Below the pieces are notes generated by a model. The model saw only the letters and a program-made list of their open reading frames with translations. It was not told the origin of the DNA and ran no database searches. Positions 62,025-64,000 of a stretch of 64,000 bases of DNA are shown here, in pieces. The stretch is from contig JAUCBJ010000550.1 in the NCBI GenBank assembly GCA_032718475.1, forward strand, positions 1 through 64,000. The letters run 5' to 3'. Each line of letters starts with the position of its first letter. Positions within the stretch are counted from its first letter, which is position 1. Origin of the DNA: Nemertoderma westbladi (taxonomy: Eukaryota > Animalia > Xenacoelomorpha). A program made the position numbers and the translations under genes.

Positions 62025-63356
62025 ATACGAAACCCATACGAATTTAATTATTTCGTTTTGGGTATTTTATGTAGAATCTTAAAATTAAAGTCAGTATTAA
62101 TTATATACTGTAATTAACACAGAGCTAATAACAGTCTGAACATTGACCGCACTGGATATAGATCGTCAGACTTTGTGCGTAATCCCTGGCCTAACGGTCG
62201 AAGAAAATTTACTTTTTTACTTTTACTTGTTGTCTGTAACAAAATCTCAATTTCATTAAAAAATAGCGTTTGAACAATATACCGGGAAAAACAGCAGTAC
62301 TACGGTTATCGCTTTGTCAGGAAATTATGATAACCAGTTTTGTACTATACCGAACTAGACTGCTGGATATTTAATGAGGTAATTTATTTATCATCATAAG
62401 TATAAAATTAAGACATCACCTGCTTAAAATACGGCTAACATTCTTTGGTGACATTTATTTAAATTTTAATTTTGTATATCTCCTATAAGTGAATTAATAT
62501 CTATAATGTTTAATTATTATATTAAGTTTCAATCAGTATAATATTTTTCTTATAAATAGACCTCAAGTGTCGGTTTTACTAAACATACCATTCCAATGGT
62601 GTAGACTGTGAGGCTGGCTGTTCTTACGTCATGTTACTTACCGCACCAAGACTCATTAAAGTGTCAACCGGGAGCAACTTAGTAAAACCTGAGAAGCAAT
62701 TACAACAATGGCTCATAATTATGAAAAAGATTTTTGTTTTTCATAAAATACGAATTTATTATTCCAGGATTAGCATCACCTCATTAGCATCATTCCAGGA
62801 TTTCACATCCCCTTGCTCAGGTTAACCACAGTACTGGTCTACTGTTTGAGGATTCATACATACATATACATACCAGATAGTGCAGGTAAACGTTCAGACA
62901 CCCTCGCCGTCGCCATACGCCTCCCTAAAACTTACACTGCATAAAAGCAACGAATTACGGTTAAGTTGATTGATGACGGATATGAAGTCTACCGTGAAGT
63001 AGGCCTACACTGTACAGGAATACAAGTGACATTCCTCAAATTTAGCAATAAAGCTAGTGTAGTTGAAGGTAAAAGACGTCATATTTTGGCAAATACCTTG
63101 TTTCCCTTGTATCCATGCGTTTGTAAGGAAAAAGTCAAATCTTATATACGTTAAGACGTCGGTAATAAATCGCTCGGAAGGCAATATTTTAGAATAAAAG
63201 ATTACAAAATACATGACATTTAAACTTGACAAGCACCAACTATTGGTTGTATTTGAAAGATCCTGAAATAGAACCGCCCAAAACTGCATGATTATTTTTA
63301 ATGTTTTCGTACCACCATACTACAGTATAAATATATTTATAGACCCCCCAACTTAC

Positions 63357-63549
63357 ATCCGGTGTTAGGGACCCCGGCAACAAACGCAACGAGGTCACTG
63401 AGTAGATTATTGGTAGACTTTCGATCGCTCTGGTTCATCTGGCCGGTTTCCAACTTTATTGCGAGAACGGATAGAAGACTAGAGGCATCATTGGCGAAAT
63501 CTAGATCGCGTACCTCCACTGGGTCCACCGGGACAATAGCAAAGGCTTC
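63357..63549 (-). CDS. ITPR: ITPR exon ([23 protein letters not shown])
   Basis: AG/GT boundaries, phase 0-1; canonical [12 protein letters not shown]. Confidence 0.97.
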
Positions 63550-63889
63550 CTACAGAACAAAATCATAGAAACAAAAACAGTTCCAGGGCCTTCGAGCTAT
63601 AGAAATGTAAGACACCAACAGATCAAATCTACAATAATGCCGTACCAGTAATAGTGGGGCTCTCGAAGTGTGTGTAGTGTGAATCAAAATACTATTTTAA
63701 TTGTTTCCGACAGGTATGCTTTCAGACCCACCACACACTGACACACATCCATTTGCACATCGACCCAAGTATAATTAAAAACATACCCAATTACGTAAGC
63801 TGCTTAATATAAAATCATCTACGACATTCTACAGTTATGAAATAAATTTGAATTGCAATGTATGTAGTCAGTTTAAATTGAGATCAAAC

Positions 63890-64000
63890 CTTGTCTTCCT
63901 TCAGAGGCGCACCTCCAACTTTCAGGCGTTCGGGTTTATCTTCTGCAGAATCGAGAGCTAACTGAGTGGAATGTATCCAAGTGTTGGAACACAAATGGCG
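63890..64000 (-). CDS. ITPR: ITPR exon, partial ([12 protein letters not shown]...LKEDK; MIR/beta-trefoil); gene continues beyond window
   Basis: Matches ITPR RHLCTNTWVHST...KEDK; donor AAG|GTTTGA. Confidence 0.93.

Overview
AT-rich animal (invertebrate-like) genomic DNA with spliceosomal introns. There is no prokaryotic, phage or CRISPR content. About 46 kb (17634-64000, minus strand) is the 3' part of an inositol 1,4,5-trisphosphate receptor (ITPR) gene. I reconstructed 14 phase-consistent exons by hand, including one probable GC-AG intron and a 4.67-kb intronless terminal exon. Each of the three ITPR introns longer than 1 kb hosts other genes: two antisense intronless otopetrin proton-channel paralogs separated by a 5.8-kb satellite, a same-strand MTMR10/11/12-type pseudophosphatase, and an antisense GPI-anchored Ly6/uPAR-like protein. 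A MAP7/ensconsin gene lies at 6834-9194 (-). The rest is RTE-type LINE fragments, tRNA-derived SINEs, foldback/MITE elements (some nested several levels deep) and five tandem arrays. The most unusual signal is a strong excess of TA-anchored micro-motifs (TAGGCCTA, TACCGGTA, TACAGTA/TACTGTA, TAGCTA). Comparing the two arms of a foldback element shows that these are insertions at TA sites, resembling accumulated transposon-excision footprints. All calls come from motif recognition and manual alignment; no database search was run.
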